Below, in pieces: positions 9,777 through 17,219 of a DNA stretch of 18,824 bases (its first letter is position 1; each line of letters opens with the position of its first letter). A program made the position numbers and the translations under genes. The DNA comes from an uncultured bacterium (lineage in GTDB: Bacteria > Lernaellota > Lernaellaia > Lernaellales > Lernaellaceae): assembly GCA_964534375.1 (NCBI GenBank), contig CAZHPN010000126.1:1-18824 (forward strand). The letters run 5' to 3'. The notes under the pieces are model-generated. The model saw only the letters and a program-made list of their open reading frames with translations. It searched no databases and was not told the origin of the DNA.

Positions 9777-11198
9777 TCAGTAATAGGCCGCCAATTCCAC
9801 AAACGCGCCGGCCGGCGAAACGCCGTATTCGCTGCGCAGACCGAGCGTCGACGAGGCGCGTTTGAAGGCCGCGCTTTGCGTCAGCAGGTCGGCCAGCGTC
9901 AGTTGCTGCAGCGGGGCCGCGTTGGGCGTGCGGCCGATGGGGATATAACCGCCGGCGCGCAACGCGACGTTGTCGGCGACGGAATATTCCGCGACCGGCA
10001 AAACGATCGCGCTGGGATCTTGCAGGTTCGCGATCACGGTGGCGTTGAGCGTCAGCAAATCCGTCGCTTTCCAGACCGCGCCGATTCCGACGTATTCCTG
10101 CCCCGCCCCGAAAACTTCGCCGTTCACTTCCCGCGGACTGCGCAGTTTCGCGAAGTAATTCGCCACCGAGGTCGCGCCGTAGCCGTTGAAATAGTATTCG
10201 GCGTCGAGGGTGATGCTGCTTTCCGGATGCGCTTCGAGGCCCGCGACCGCGCGCAGAAAGCGGTCGCCGATGCCGACCGCGCGATTTTGCGAGAGGCCGC
10301 TCAGGCCCAGCGTGTAGGCCGCTTCCGCATGCACGTTGATCGGCCCCGCGTCGCCGATCGTGTCGGCGCCGAACACCACGTCGTCGACGTATTTCGCCGC
10401 CGACGCCGAAAAATCGAAACCGCCGGCGTTGGCCTGCGCGCGCACGACGCCGCCTTGATCCGGCCCGCGCTGCTGCGGCAGCCACAAGACGTCGATCAAC
10501 GCGGTCGAGCCGACCGGCGTCGAGTAGCGCAACGCGTCCGCGCCGTGCCGCACCTCCTTGTCGACGTCGGTCGGCGCAAACGGGCTCAGCAAATCCGTCG
10601 GGTTCCAGAAATGGCCCGTGCCCCACGAGAGCACCTGGCGGCCGGCGACGATCTCGCCGCGCGGCAGCGCGAAGCGGACCGCGAGCCGATCGAGGTTCTG
10701 CTGCAAAAGCAAATTGTTTTTCTCGTAAATCGTCGCGTTGATGTCGACGAGCCGGCGGCCCGGCGCGATCGCCGTCTGTACGCCGGGCGTGGCGCTGCCG
10801 AGCGCCGAAATGCCGCCGAGAAACGCGGCCGGGGCGGCCGACGCGGCGAACTCGTACGCGGCTTCGAATTGGAAGCGATTGGCGATCGCCAGACGCGTCC
10901 AAACGCGAAAGATGTGCGTCGATTCCAACGCGTCGTCCGGCAGCGTCGGCTGGCCGGTCAAGCTCGACGGCAGGCCCGGCAGCGCCGCCGCCGCTTTCGC
11001 CTCGAGCGCCTCCAACGCGTTCACGCCCTGCACGAGCGAACTCTGCATATGCAAATAGGTGCCGAATGTTTTATAGAAACCGCTCAACTCGTAGGCCGAA
11101 TCGCCGTTCGCGGAGGTCCACAGCTCGGCCGCGGCGCCGGCCGCCGGGGCCGCCAGCACGAGCCAGACCACGGCCCACGCAGACCACGCCGGCCGCAT
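9777..11198 (-). CDS. Putative outer-membrane beta-barrel protein associated with the ABC/LolA-like operon
   Basis: Signal peptide ending AGAAA, motif AGRQVLSWGTGHFWNPTDLLSPF, alternating beta-strand pattern and an aromatic C-terminus (AFVELAAYY). It starts 5 nt after the ATPase stop. Confidence 0.7.
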   Translation of the reverse strand: MRPAWSAWAVVWLVLAAPAAGAAAELWTSANGDSAYELSGFYKTFGTYLHMQSSLVQGVNALEALEAKAAAALPGLPSSLTGQPTLPDDALESTHIFRVWTRLAIANRFQFEAAYEFAASAAPAAFLGGISALGSATPGVQTAIAPGRRLVDINATIYEKNNLLLQQNLDRLAVRFALPRGEIVAGRQVLSWGTGHFWNPTDLLSPFAPTDVDKEVRHGADALRYSTPVGSTALIDVLWLPQQRGPDQGGVVRAQANAGGFDFSASAAKYVDDVVFGADTIGDAGPINVHAEAAYTLGLSGLSQNRAVGIGDRFLRAVAGLEAHPESSITLDAEYYFNGYGATSVANYFAKLRSPREVNGEVFGAGQEYVGIGAVWKATDLLTLNATVIANLQDPSAIVLPVAEYSVADNVALRAGGYIPIGRTPNAAPLQQLTLADLLTQSAAFKRASSTLGLRSEYGVSPAGAFVELAAYY

Positions 11199-11203
11199 CG
11201 GGT

Positions 11204-11902
11204 TCAGTTCCCCGCCGGTTTTCGGTCGTCGGACGCCACCTTGCCGTCCACCAGCCGCACCACGCGGTCGGCTTGTTCGAGCACCATCGGATCGTGCGTC
11301 GAGAAGATGAACGTCACGCCGCGTTCGCGATTGAGTTTGCGCATCATGGCGATCAACGCGCGGCCGGTCGCCTGATCGAGGTTCGCGGTCGGCTCGTCGG
11401 CCAGCACCACCGCGGGTTCGGCGGCGATCGCCCGCGCGATGGCGACCCGTTGCTGCTGGCCGCCGCTCATCTTCGGCGGTCGCGAGTCCATGAATTCCTG
11501 CAAGCCGAGTTCGGCGAACAGCTCGGCCACGCGCTTGCGGCGCTCCGCCGGCGCGACGCCCTTGAGCTGCATCACGTACTCCGCGTTTTCCGAGGCGGTC
11601 AGCACCGGAATCAGGTTGTACGCCTGAAACACAAAGCCGATGCGGTCGCGCCGCAGGTCGGCCAATGCGGCGTCCGACATTTGCGACAAGTCGCGGCCGT
11701 CGACGCGCACCACGCCGCTGGTCGCCGAGTCGAGCGCCCCGATCAGGTTGAGCAGCGTCGTCTTGCCCGAGCCGCTCGGCCCGGCGATCGCCATGAATTC
11801 GCCGGGCTCGACCGTCATGTCCACGCCGCGCAACGCCTGCGTCACGATGCGCCCGTTGTCTTCGTACGACTTCACCACATTCTGCACTTGCACGACGGGC
11901 AT
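11204..11902 (-). CDS. ABC transporter ATP-binding protein, LolD/MacB family
   Basis: Walker A GPSGSGKT, IGFVFQ, signature MSGGQQQR, Walker B VLADEPTANLD and STHD. AAGGAGG RBS. Confidence 0.96.
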   Translation of the reverse strand: MPVVQVQNVVKSYEDNGRIVTQALRGVDMTVEPGEFMAIAGPSGSGKTTLLNLIGALDSATSGVVRVDGRDLSQMSDAALADLRRDRIGFVFQAYNLIPVLTASENAEYVMQLKGVAPAERRKRVAELFAELGLQEFMDSRPPKMSGGQQQRVAIARAIAAEPAVVLADEPTANLDQATGRALIAMMRKLNRERGVTFIFSTHDPMVLEQADRVVRLVDGKVASDDRKPAGN

Positions 11903-11968
11903 GACGCCCTCCTTTATTCCTTGGCCCTCTTTGCGTCTTCGCGGTGAAAAAATTTCATTCCCGCCCCG

Positions 11969-13201
11969 CTACGCCGCGCGGATCGCCTCCGCCGGCCGCA
12001 TACGCGACACGCGCCACGCCGGATACAAGCCCACCGCCAACGTCAACAGATAAATCGCCATCGACGCCTTGAGCGCCGCCAGCGGCGAGAATTCCGTGCG
12101 GAACGCGGTTTTCAAGACCATGCCGCCCAGTTCGAACGACTCGCCCATTGTCTTGCCGAAATCCATCAGCGGCTGCGCCGAGCCCAGCCGCGTGACGAGC
12201 AGGCCCAGCGCCAGCCCGGCCGCCGCGCTGATCGTGCCGATCCAGAACGCCTCGGCCAGCACCAGCGACACCACGTAGCGCGGCCGATTGCCCAGCGCGC
12301 GCATCACGCCGAACTCGCGCGTCCGTTCGAGCACCGACATCAGCATCGTGTTGAGGATGCCCAGTCCCGCCAGGGTGTAAACGAACAGCGCCATGACGAT
12401 CATGATGTCTTTGTACGTCGCTTCCATCGTCTTCAGCAGCGGCAGCAGCTCGCCGTAGGTCACAATGTCATAATTCGCGCCGAGCGCCGTGCGCAGTTGC
12501 GCCGCCACCGCGTCGGCGTCGTCCGGGCGCGGCAACTGGATGACGATCTGGTGGGCGACGTCGCCCACGCCCAGCAGCGTTTCCGCCGACGCGCTCGTCA
12601 CCAGCACGACGCCGCGCGACAGGTTCGGCGAAATCGAGTGGAAAATGCCGCGCACCCGGTAGAGGTCGGCGCCGATCTCGCCGTCGGCCCGCTGCGCCAT
12701 CAGCCGCACCTTCAGGCCGACCCGCAATTGCAGGCGTTTCGCGAGTTCCTCGCCGACCAGGATGCCGTGCGCGTCGTCCGCGGTCAGCGGCCCGCCCTGC
12801 CGGAGGTCGGCCGCGTAATTGGCCAGCCGCGCTTCGACCGCCGGATCGACGCCGTGGATCTGCACGCCCTGCCCGCCGTGCGCGCTGGTCGCGAGGCCGC
12901 GGGCGACGACGCGCGCCCCCGCCTGCGCGCCGGGCGGCAAAGGCAAACTCGCCAGCAGCGCCGCCGGGTTCGCCAGCGCCTGACCGGCCTTGTGCTGCAG
13001 CCGCCAGCCGGGCGCGTAGATTTCGACGTGCCCCATGCCGGTGTTGGCCAGGCTGCGCTTGCCGTCGGCCATGATGCCGTCGGTCAGTCCGGTGAAGACG
13101 ATGATCAGGAACAGGCCGAAGCCGGCCGCGCTCATGTTGATGAGCGTGCGGCGGCGATTCCGCCAGATGTTGCGCCACGAGATTTTCAGCAATGAGCCCA
13201 T
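11969..13201 (-). CDS. ABC transporter permease (FtsX/LolE/MacB type), copy 2
   Basis: Start trimmed to MGSLLKISWRNIWRNRRRT, coupled to the upstream stop through TGATG. Motifs GILNTMLMSVLERTREFGVMRALG and YPAWRVSRMRPAEAIR. Confidence 0.95.
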   Translation of the reverse strand: MGSLLKISWRNIWRNRRRTLINMSAAGFGLFLIIVFTGLTDGIMADGKRSLANTGMGHVEIYAPGWRLQHKAGQALANPAALLASLPLPPGAQAGARVVARGLATSAHGGQGVQIHGVDPAVEARLANYAADLRQGGPLTADDAHGILVGEELAKRLQLRVGLKVRLMAQRADGEIGADLYRVRGIFHSISPNLSRGVVLVTSASAETLLGVGDVAHQIVIQLPRPDDADAVAAQLRTALGANYDIVTYGELLPLLKTMEATYKDIMIVMALFVYTLAGLGILNTMLMSVLERTREFGVMRALGNRPRYVVSLVLAEAFWIGTISAAAGLALGLLVTRLGSAQPLMDFGKTMGESFELGGMVLKTAFRTEFSPLAALKASMAIYLLTLAVGLYPAWRVSRMRPAEAIRAA

Positions 13202-14463
13202 CAGACGTGCCTGATCGCCTCGACGGGTTTGAGCCGCGAGGCGCGAATGGCGGGCCACAAACCGCCCGCGAGAACTGTAATAAAGGCCGTAGCGACGGCG
13301 TTGATCACCGCCGCCGATTGCACGCCCAACTGGACCACCGACGGCATCCGCACGCCCATCATGTCGCTTTGGCCCATGCCGCCCATGTGCAGCGAGCCCT
13401 CCCCATACAGGAATGCCAGCGCAATGCCGAGCCCGGCCGCGCAGCCGATCGCGCCTTGCAGCAGCGCCTCGGTCACGACCAGCCCGAGAATATTGCGCCG
13501 CCGCGTGCCGAGCGCGGCCATCACGCCGAATTCGCGCGTCCGTTCGAAGGTCGCCATCGTCATCGTGTTCAGCACGCCCAGGCCGACGATCAGGATGATG
13601 ATCAGATCGATATACCGCTGCTGCTCGCGCTTCTGTTTGATCATCGCCTTGAGTTCCGGCAGGATTTCGCTCCACGACAGCACTTCGAGCGTTTTCAAAT
13701 CGAGCGCCGCGCGCAACGAGTCCACCGGGCCGGACACGTCTTCTTCGGCCGCCGGCAGCCGCACGATGATTTCATTGACGCCCGCGCCAAGCCCGAAAAA
13801 CGTTTGCGCGTCCGCGAGCCGCAAGTACACGGCGCTGCCGTTCATCTCGGCGCTGCCGGCGTCGACGACGCCGACGACCGTGAAGCGGTCGTTCGCGACC
13901 GAGCCGTCCGCCCCCTGCCCGAGCAGCGCCAACTCGCTGCCCGGCCCGGCTTCGAGTTGCTGCGCGAGATCGCGCCCGAGCAGCGCCTCTTTTTCGTGTC
14001 CGTCATTCCCGCGAAGGCGGGAATCCAGGTTTGCTGCCTTTGCATCGTCCATCAATCCGCGGCCTTTTTCGACCACCGGCGTAGATGATTCGGCGCGCGC
14101 GCGATCCGCCGGCATGCCGATCACCAGCGCCGCCGACGAGTTGTCGCCGACGCCCGCCAGCCCGTAGCCGATGACCCGCCGCTCCGGTTTCGCGCCCGGC
14201 AACGTCGCGGCCAGTTTCGCTTCGACGGTCGCCGGGTCGCGCACGACGTTGTCGATTTCCGGGTCGGCCTGATAGCCCTTGCCGTGAACCTGCAGGTTCC
14301 CGACGAGGCCGGTGGTGATTTCGCCGACCATCTGCGTGAACATCGATTCGCGGAAGGAATTCAGAAAGAAGACCCCGCCCGCGCCCAGCGTCAGCGCCGT
14401 GACCGTAATCATCGTGCGCCGCCAATTGCGCCAGAGGTTGCGCCAGGCCATCGCCAACAGCAT
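13201..14463 (-). CDS. ABC transporter permease (FtsX/LolE/MacB type), copy 1
   Basis: Motifs MAWRNLWRNWRRT, GVLNTMTMATFERTREFGVMAALG and WPAIRASRLKPVEAIR. Confidence 0.95.
   Translation of the reverse strand: MLLAMAWRNLWRNWRRTMITVTALTLGAGGVFFLNSFRESMFTQMVGEITTGLVGNLQVHGKGYQADPEIDNVVRDPATVEAKLAATLPGAKPERRVIGYGLAGVGDNSSAALVIGMPADRARAESSTPVVEKGRGLMDDAKAANLDSRLRGNDGHEKEALLGRDLAQQLEAGPGSELALLGQGADGSVANDRFTVVGVVDAGSAEMNGSAVYLRLADAQTFFGLGAGVNEIIVRLPAAEEDVSGPVDSLRAALDLKTLEVLSWSEILPELKAMIKQKREQQRYIDLIIILIVGLGVLNTMTMATFERTREFGVMAALGTRRRNILGLVVTEALLQGAIGCAAGLGIALAFLYGEGSLHMGGMGQSDMMGVRMPSVVQLGVQSAAVINAVATAFITVLAGGLWPAIRASRLKPVEAIRHV
14001..14028 (+). repeat. CGTC-tagged REP palindrome lying inside the permease coding sequence
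   Basis: CGTCATTCCCGCGAAGGCGGGAATCCAG, with stem ATTCCCGC/GCGGGAAT. On the coding strand it translates as LDSRLRGND. Confidence 0.85.
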
Positions 14464-14466
14464 GGT

Positions 14467-15285
14467 CTACCGCCCCTGCCGCAGCCGTTCGAGGCTGAAG
14501 GTGTTTTCCGGAACGGCCACGTCGAATTGCACGTCTTCGTAATCGATCGCCGTTTCGTGCCCCGGTTCGGCGGGGACGACCGACATCTTCATCGGCATCA
14601 TCCGCCAGCCGAATTGGCGATAATTGGCGAACAACATCCGCCGCACGAGCTTGTTGTCTTCGTCATAATAGAATTCCGCCAGCGGCTCGCAATTCTGGCG
14701 GTCGATCAGCGCCTCGATGCGGCCCCAAACGACGACCGCATTGGGCTTCGGCTTCAGCGACACCTTCCACGCCTCGCGGCCGTCCTGCGTGACGACGCCG
14801 ACGAACGACGAATCGAAATCGTCGGTGAGGCTCGAGCCGTTGACCAGGTCGTCGTTGGTGAAATCGCTGCCCATCCACGAATCGCCCATCATGCTCGACG
14901 GCAATTTCATCAGCCGGCCGGCTTGCGGCAGCCAGGTCCAAAGCTGCTTCTCGCGCTTGAGGGTCATCATCCCCGTCTCGCTCGCCGCGCCTTCGAGGAT
15001 GCGCACCAGCGCGTAGTCCTTGCCCTTCGACCACACTTTGAATTTCAACTTGCGCGTCCACGACGGCGTTTTGACGGTCATCGTCATCGTCGCGATCATC
15101 GACTGGCCGCGCAGCAATTGTTCGAAGCGTTTGATCAGCACGGCCGGGTCGGGGTGGTCCGCGCCGGCGGGGCAAGAAATGACGTCGGCCGGCGGTGCGC
15201 CGGCCGCGCGCACGACGCCGCCCGCGCACACGGCCGACAGCGCCGCCAGCGCGGCAACAACTCCGATCGGGAACCAGCGTTTCAT
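14467..15285 (-). CDS. Outer-membrane lipoprotein-sorting protein (LolA-like family)
   Basis: Start trimmed to MKRWFPIG (signal peptide; ATGA overlap with the TetR stop; GGAG RBS). Motif LPSSMMGDSWMGSDFTNDDL and C-terminus VPENTFSLERL. Confidence 0.88.
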   Translation of the reverse strand: MKRWFPIGVVAALAALSAVCAGGVVRAAGAPPADVISCPAGADHPDPAVLIKRFEQLLRGQSMIATMTMTVKTPSWTRKLKFKVWSKGKDYALVRILEGAASETGMMTLKREKQLWTWLPQAGRLMKLPSSMMGDSWMGSDFTNDDLVNGSSLTDDFDSSFVGVVTQDGREAWKVSLKPKPNAVVVWGRIEALIDRQNCEPLAEFYYDEDNKLVRRMLFANYRQFGWRMMPMKMSVVPAEPGHETAIDYEDVQFDVAVPENTFSLERLRQGR

Positions 15286-15962
15286 CGGCCCGTCTCCTTT
15301 TTCACTTTCCGGTCTTTCTTGGGCGCCGCTCGTTTCGCCGGCAGCGGCGCCGCGATCCGTCGCATCAGATCGATTTGCAGCGAAACATAACGATCGAGCT
15401 CTTCCCGCGTGGCCGCGGTTTCGCCCGGCCAGCAAAACCGGATCAACACCTCTTTCACGGCCTGCATCAAGGCGTTGAGCAGTTCGGGCGGGAAATCCCG
15501 CCGCACGGCGCCGATCTTCTGGCCGTGACCCCAGAGCTTCTCGCCAAACAGCCGCGCCTCGCTGATCAGGGGCGCGAGCCGCCCGGTCAACTCGGGGTGG
15601 CGGAAAAACGCCGTCGCCATCTGGCCGATGAATTCCGCCTGCATGGGGGTGCGCATCAGATCGGCCAACGAGCCCCGCACCAGGCGCTCGAACGCCGGCC
15701 AGAACTCCTCGGCCCGGCCGGGCAGCTCCACCGTGCGCAGCACTTGCATCGTGTGTTCGTAGGTGTATTCGAGCGTCGTCGCCGCCAGGTCGGCCTTGTC
15801 GTCGAAATAGTAGTAGAAGGCGCCTTTGCTCAGCCCCGCGGTTTCGATGATTCCGTTGAGCGACGCGCCCTGATAACCGTTCGCCGCGAATTCCCGGGCG
15901 GCGGCCTGCATCAACGCTTCCTGCCGCTCCGGCTTCGCCCGATAAAAACGCGCCCGCGCCAT
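15282..15962 (-). CDS. TetR/AcrR family transcriptional regulator
   Basis: HTH segment AAREFAANGYQGASLNGIIETAGLSKGAFYYYFDDKADL. ATG at 15962 with a GGGAG RBS. Confidence 0.95.
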   Translation of the reverse strand: MARARFYRAKPERQEALMQAAAREFAANGYQGASLNGIIETAGLSKGAFYYYFDDKADLAATTLEYTYEHTMQVLRTVELPGRAEEFWPAFERLVRGSLADLMRTPMQAEFIGQMATAFFRHPELTGRLAPLISEARLFGEKLWGHGQKIGAVRRDFPPELLNALMQAVKEVLIRFCWPGETAATREELDRYVSLQIDLMRRIAAPLPAKRAAPKKDRKVKKETGR

Positions 15963-16037
15963 CTGCCCGCTCCCGCGGCCCGTCCGCCGCCGCCCCGCCT
16001 TCCAAGTGGTTCGACCGTTTGTCACGACCACTTGTAC

Positions 16038-16051
16038 AGACCAACCGGTCT
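16038..16051. promoter_or_regulatory. Putative TetR operator AGACC-N4-GGTCT
   Basis: Inverted repeat immediately downstream of the predicted -10 box, overlapping the expected transcription start. Confidence 0.6.
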
Positions 16052-16052
16052 A

Positions 16053-16081
16053 CGTATAACGCGCCGCCGGCGGCGCGTCAA
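16053..16081 (-). promoter_or_regulatory. Putative sigma70 promoter of the tetR-ABC operon
   Basis: Minus strand reads TTGACG (16081-16076), a 17-nt spacer, then TATACG (16058-16053). Confidence 0.6.
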
Positions 16082-16171
16082 GGGAAATCGTGCGCCCCCG
16101 CCCGGCCGGGCGGGGGGCGCTGCCCGCGTTAACCCGTGTGTGGCGCAGCCGCCCTCGGCTGTGCTTGCTGC

Positions 16172-16283
16172 GACCGCCGGCGTCCCGCCGGCACTGCACT
16201 TGCCGGGAGCGCCAACGTCCTCGTTGGCGTTTGTTGATTTTGCGTCGCCGACGGAAACGTCGGCCCCGGCAAGTTCCGTGCGA
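16172..16283. repeat. REPIN-like composite element, copy 1 (degenerate)
   Basis: About 112-bp diverged direct repeat of 16433-16547: GACCGCCGGC...GGGAGCGCCAACGTCCTCGTTGGC...GCCGACGGAAACGTCGGC...GCAAGTTCCGTGCGA. Confidence 0.8.
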
Positions 16284-16305
16284 AAGTGTTGCGTGAGGGC
16301 CGTCG

Positions 16306-16337
16306 ATTCTCAATTCTCTATTCAACATTCATCATTC
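16306..16337. repeat. 7-bp tandem array ATTCNNN x ~4.5
   Basis: ATTCTCA ATTCTCT ATTCAAC ATTCATC ATTC. Confidence 0.7.
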
Positions 16338-16360
16338 CGCCGATGCGTCATCCCGAACCT

Positions 16361-16404
16361 GTAAGAGCGCCTTTCCAGGCGCGATTCCCGCGCCGAAGGC
16401 GCGG
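16361..16404. repeat. GTAG-like REP remnant followed by a GAA-loop hairpin
   Basis: GTAAGA-GCGCCT-TTCC-AGGCGC-GA, then CCGCGCC-GAA-GGCGCGG (16388-16404). Confidence 0.5.
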
Positions 16405-16432
16405 CCCCCGCGGGTATCCCCACCCGCCGTGG

Positions 16433-16547
16433 GACCGCCGGCCGCCCGTCGGCGTTGCACTCGCTGGGAGCGCCGACGTCCCCGTCGGCGTTCAATGATC
16501 TTTCGTCGCCGACGGGGACGTCGGCGCTCCCAGCAAGTTCCGTGCGA
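16433..16547. repeat. REPIN-like composite element, copy 2 (intact)
   Basis: Perfect 28-bp inverted repeat GCTGGGAGCGCCGACGTCCCCGTCGGCG (16463-16490/16507-16534) with a 16-nt loop. Each arm is itself a hairpin. Confidence 0.88.
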
Positions 16548-16674
16548 GACGGAGCGCGCCGCCGCCGGCGCTTGCAACGAAGGGCGCCGCCGCTACATGG
16601 GCCCGTCGCCCGCTTCACGGCGCCGCCGTCATTCAAGACCAGAAATCTGCCTAATTCGTGCAATGCGTTGACTG

Positions 16675-16755
16675 CCCGGATCCCGGTCCCCGGAACCCGG
16701 AACCCGGAACCCGGCCCCCGAATCCCGAATCCCGAATCCCGAACCCCGAGTCCCG
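16675..16755. repeat. 7-bp tandem array CCCGGAA/CCCGAAT x ~11.5
   Basis: Read directly. It is the same family and orientation as the array at 2683-2724. Confidence 0.9.
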
Positions 16756-16836
16756 CCCCGCCGGCGTGATCTGTCGCTCGACCCGGAGGCTCTCGACAGG
16801 TGAACTGCCCGGACCCCAGCCCCCACTACCCTCTTC

Positions 16837-17043
16837 GCTGCTCGCTGTTCGCCGCTCCTGCTCGCTGTTCGCTGTTCGCTGTTCGCTGTTCGCTGCTCGC
16901 TGTTCGCTGCTCGCTGCTCGCTGTTCGCTGTTTGCTGTTCGCTGTTCGCTGCTCGCTGTTCCCTGCTCGCTGTTCGCTGCTCGCTGTTCGCTGTTCGCTG
17001 CTCCCTGCTCGCTGTTCGCTGCTCGCTGTTCGCTGTTCGCTGC
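16837..17043. repeat. 7-bp tandem array GCTG(T/C)TC x ~29
   Basis: Read directly. It includes one 6-nt unit and the variants CCTGCTC, GCCGCTC and GCTGTTT. Confidence 0.95.
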
Positions 17044-17053
17044 CCCCCGCCCA

Positions 17054-17078
17054 CCCGCCTTCGCCCGGCTTCGGCGGG
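17054..17078. repeat. Short REP-like palindrome (minus strand CCCGCC-GAAGC-CGG-GCGAA-GGCGGG)
   Basis: CCCGCCTTCGCCCGGCTTCGGCGGG; a hairpin with opposed GAA triplets on the minus strand. Confidence 0.55.
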
Positions 17079-17086
17079 CCGGCCGC

Positions 17087-17111
17087 CCACTGACCACTGA
17101 CCACTGACCAC
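17087..17111. repeat. 7-bp tandem array CCACTGA x 3.5
   Basis: CCACTGA CCACTGA CCACTGA CCAC. Confidence 0.85.
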
Positions 17112-17123
17112 CAGTTGGCCGCC

Positions 17124-17219
17124 GCTGTTCTCTGTTCGCTGCTCGCTGCTCGCTGCTCGCTGTTCGCTCTTCGCTGTTCGCTGCTCGCTGTTCCCTGCTC
17201 GCTGTTCGCTGTTCGCTGC
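17124..17219. repeat. 7-bp tandem array GCTG(T/C)TC x ~13, second block
   Basis: Read directly. Like the first block, it ends in GCTGTTC GCTGTTC GCTGCC. Confidence 0.93.

Noticed and set aside
16050..16671. Small ORFs of 68-113 aa upstream of tetR
   Set aside because: They are translations of the palindromic repeats (for example GSADVPVG, WERRRPRR) with no coding signal.
16756..16836. tRNA, tRNA-Sec or riboswitch
   Set aside because: No cloverleaf, T-loop (GTTCRA) or CCA end, and no riboswitch consensus that I recognise.
16172..17219. Possible CRISPR array
   Set aside because: There is no repeat-spacer alternation with unique spacers of about 30-40 nt, and no cas gene in the window.
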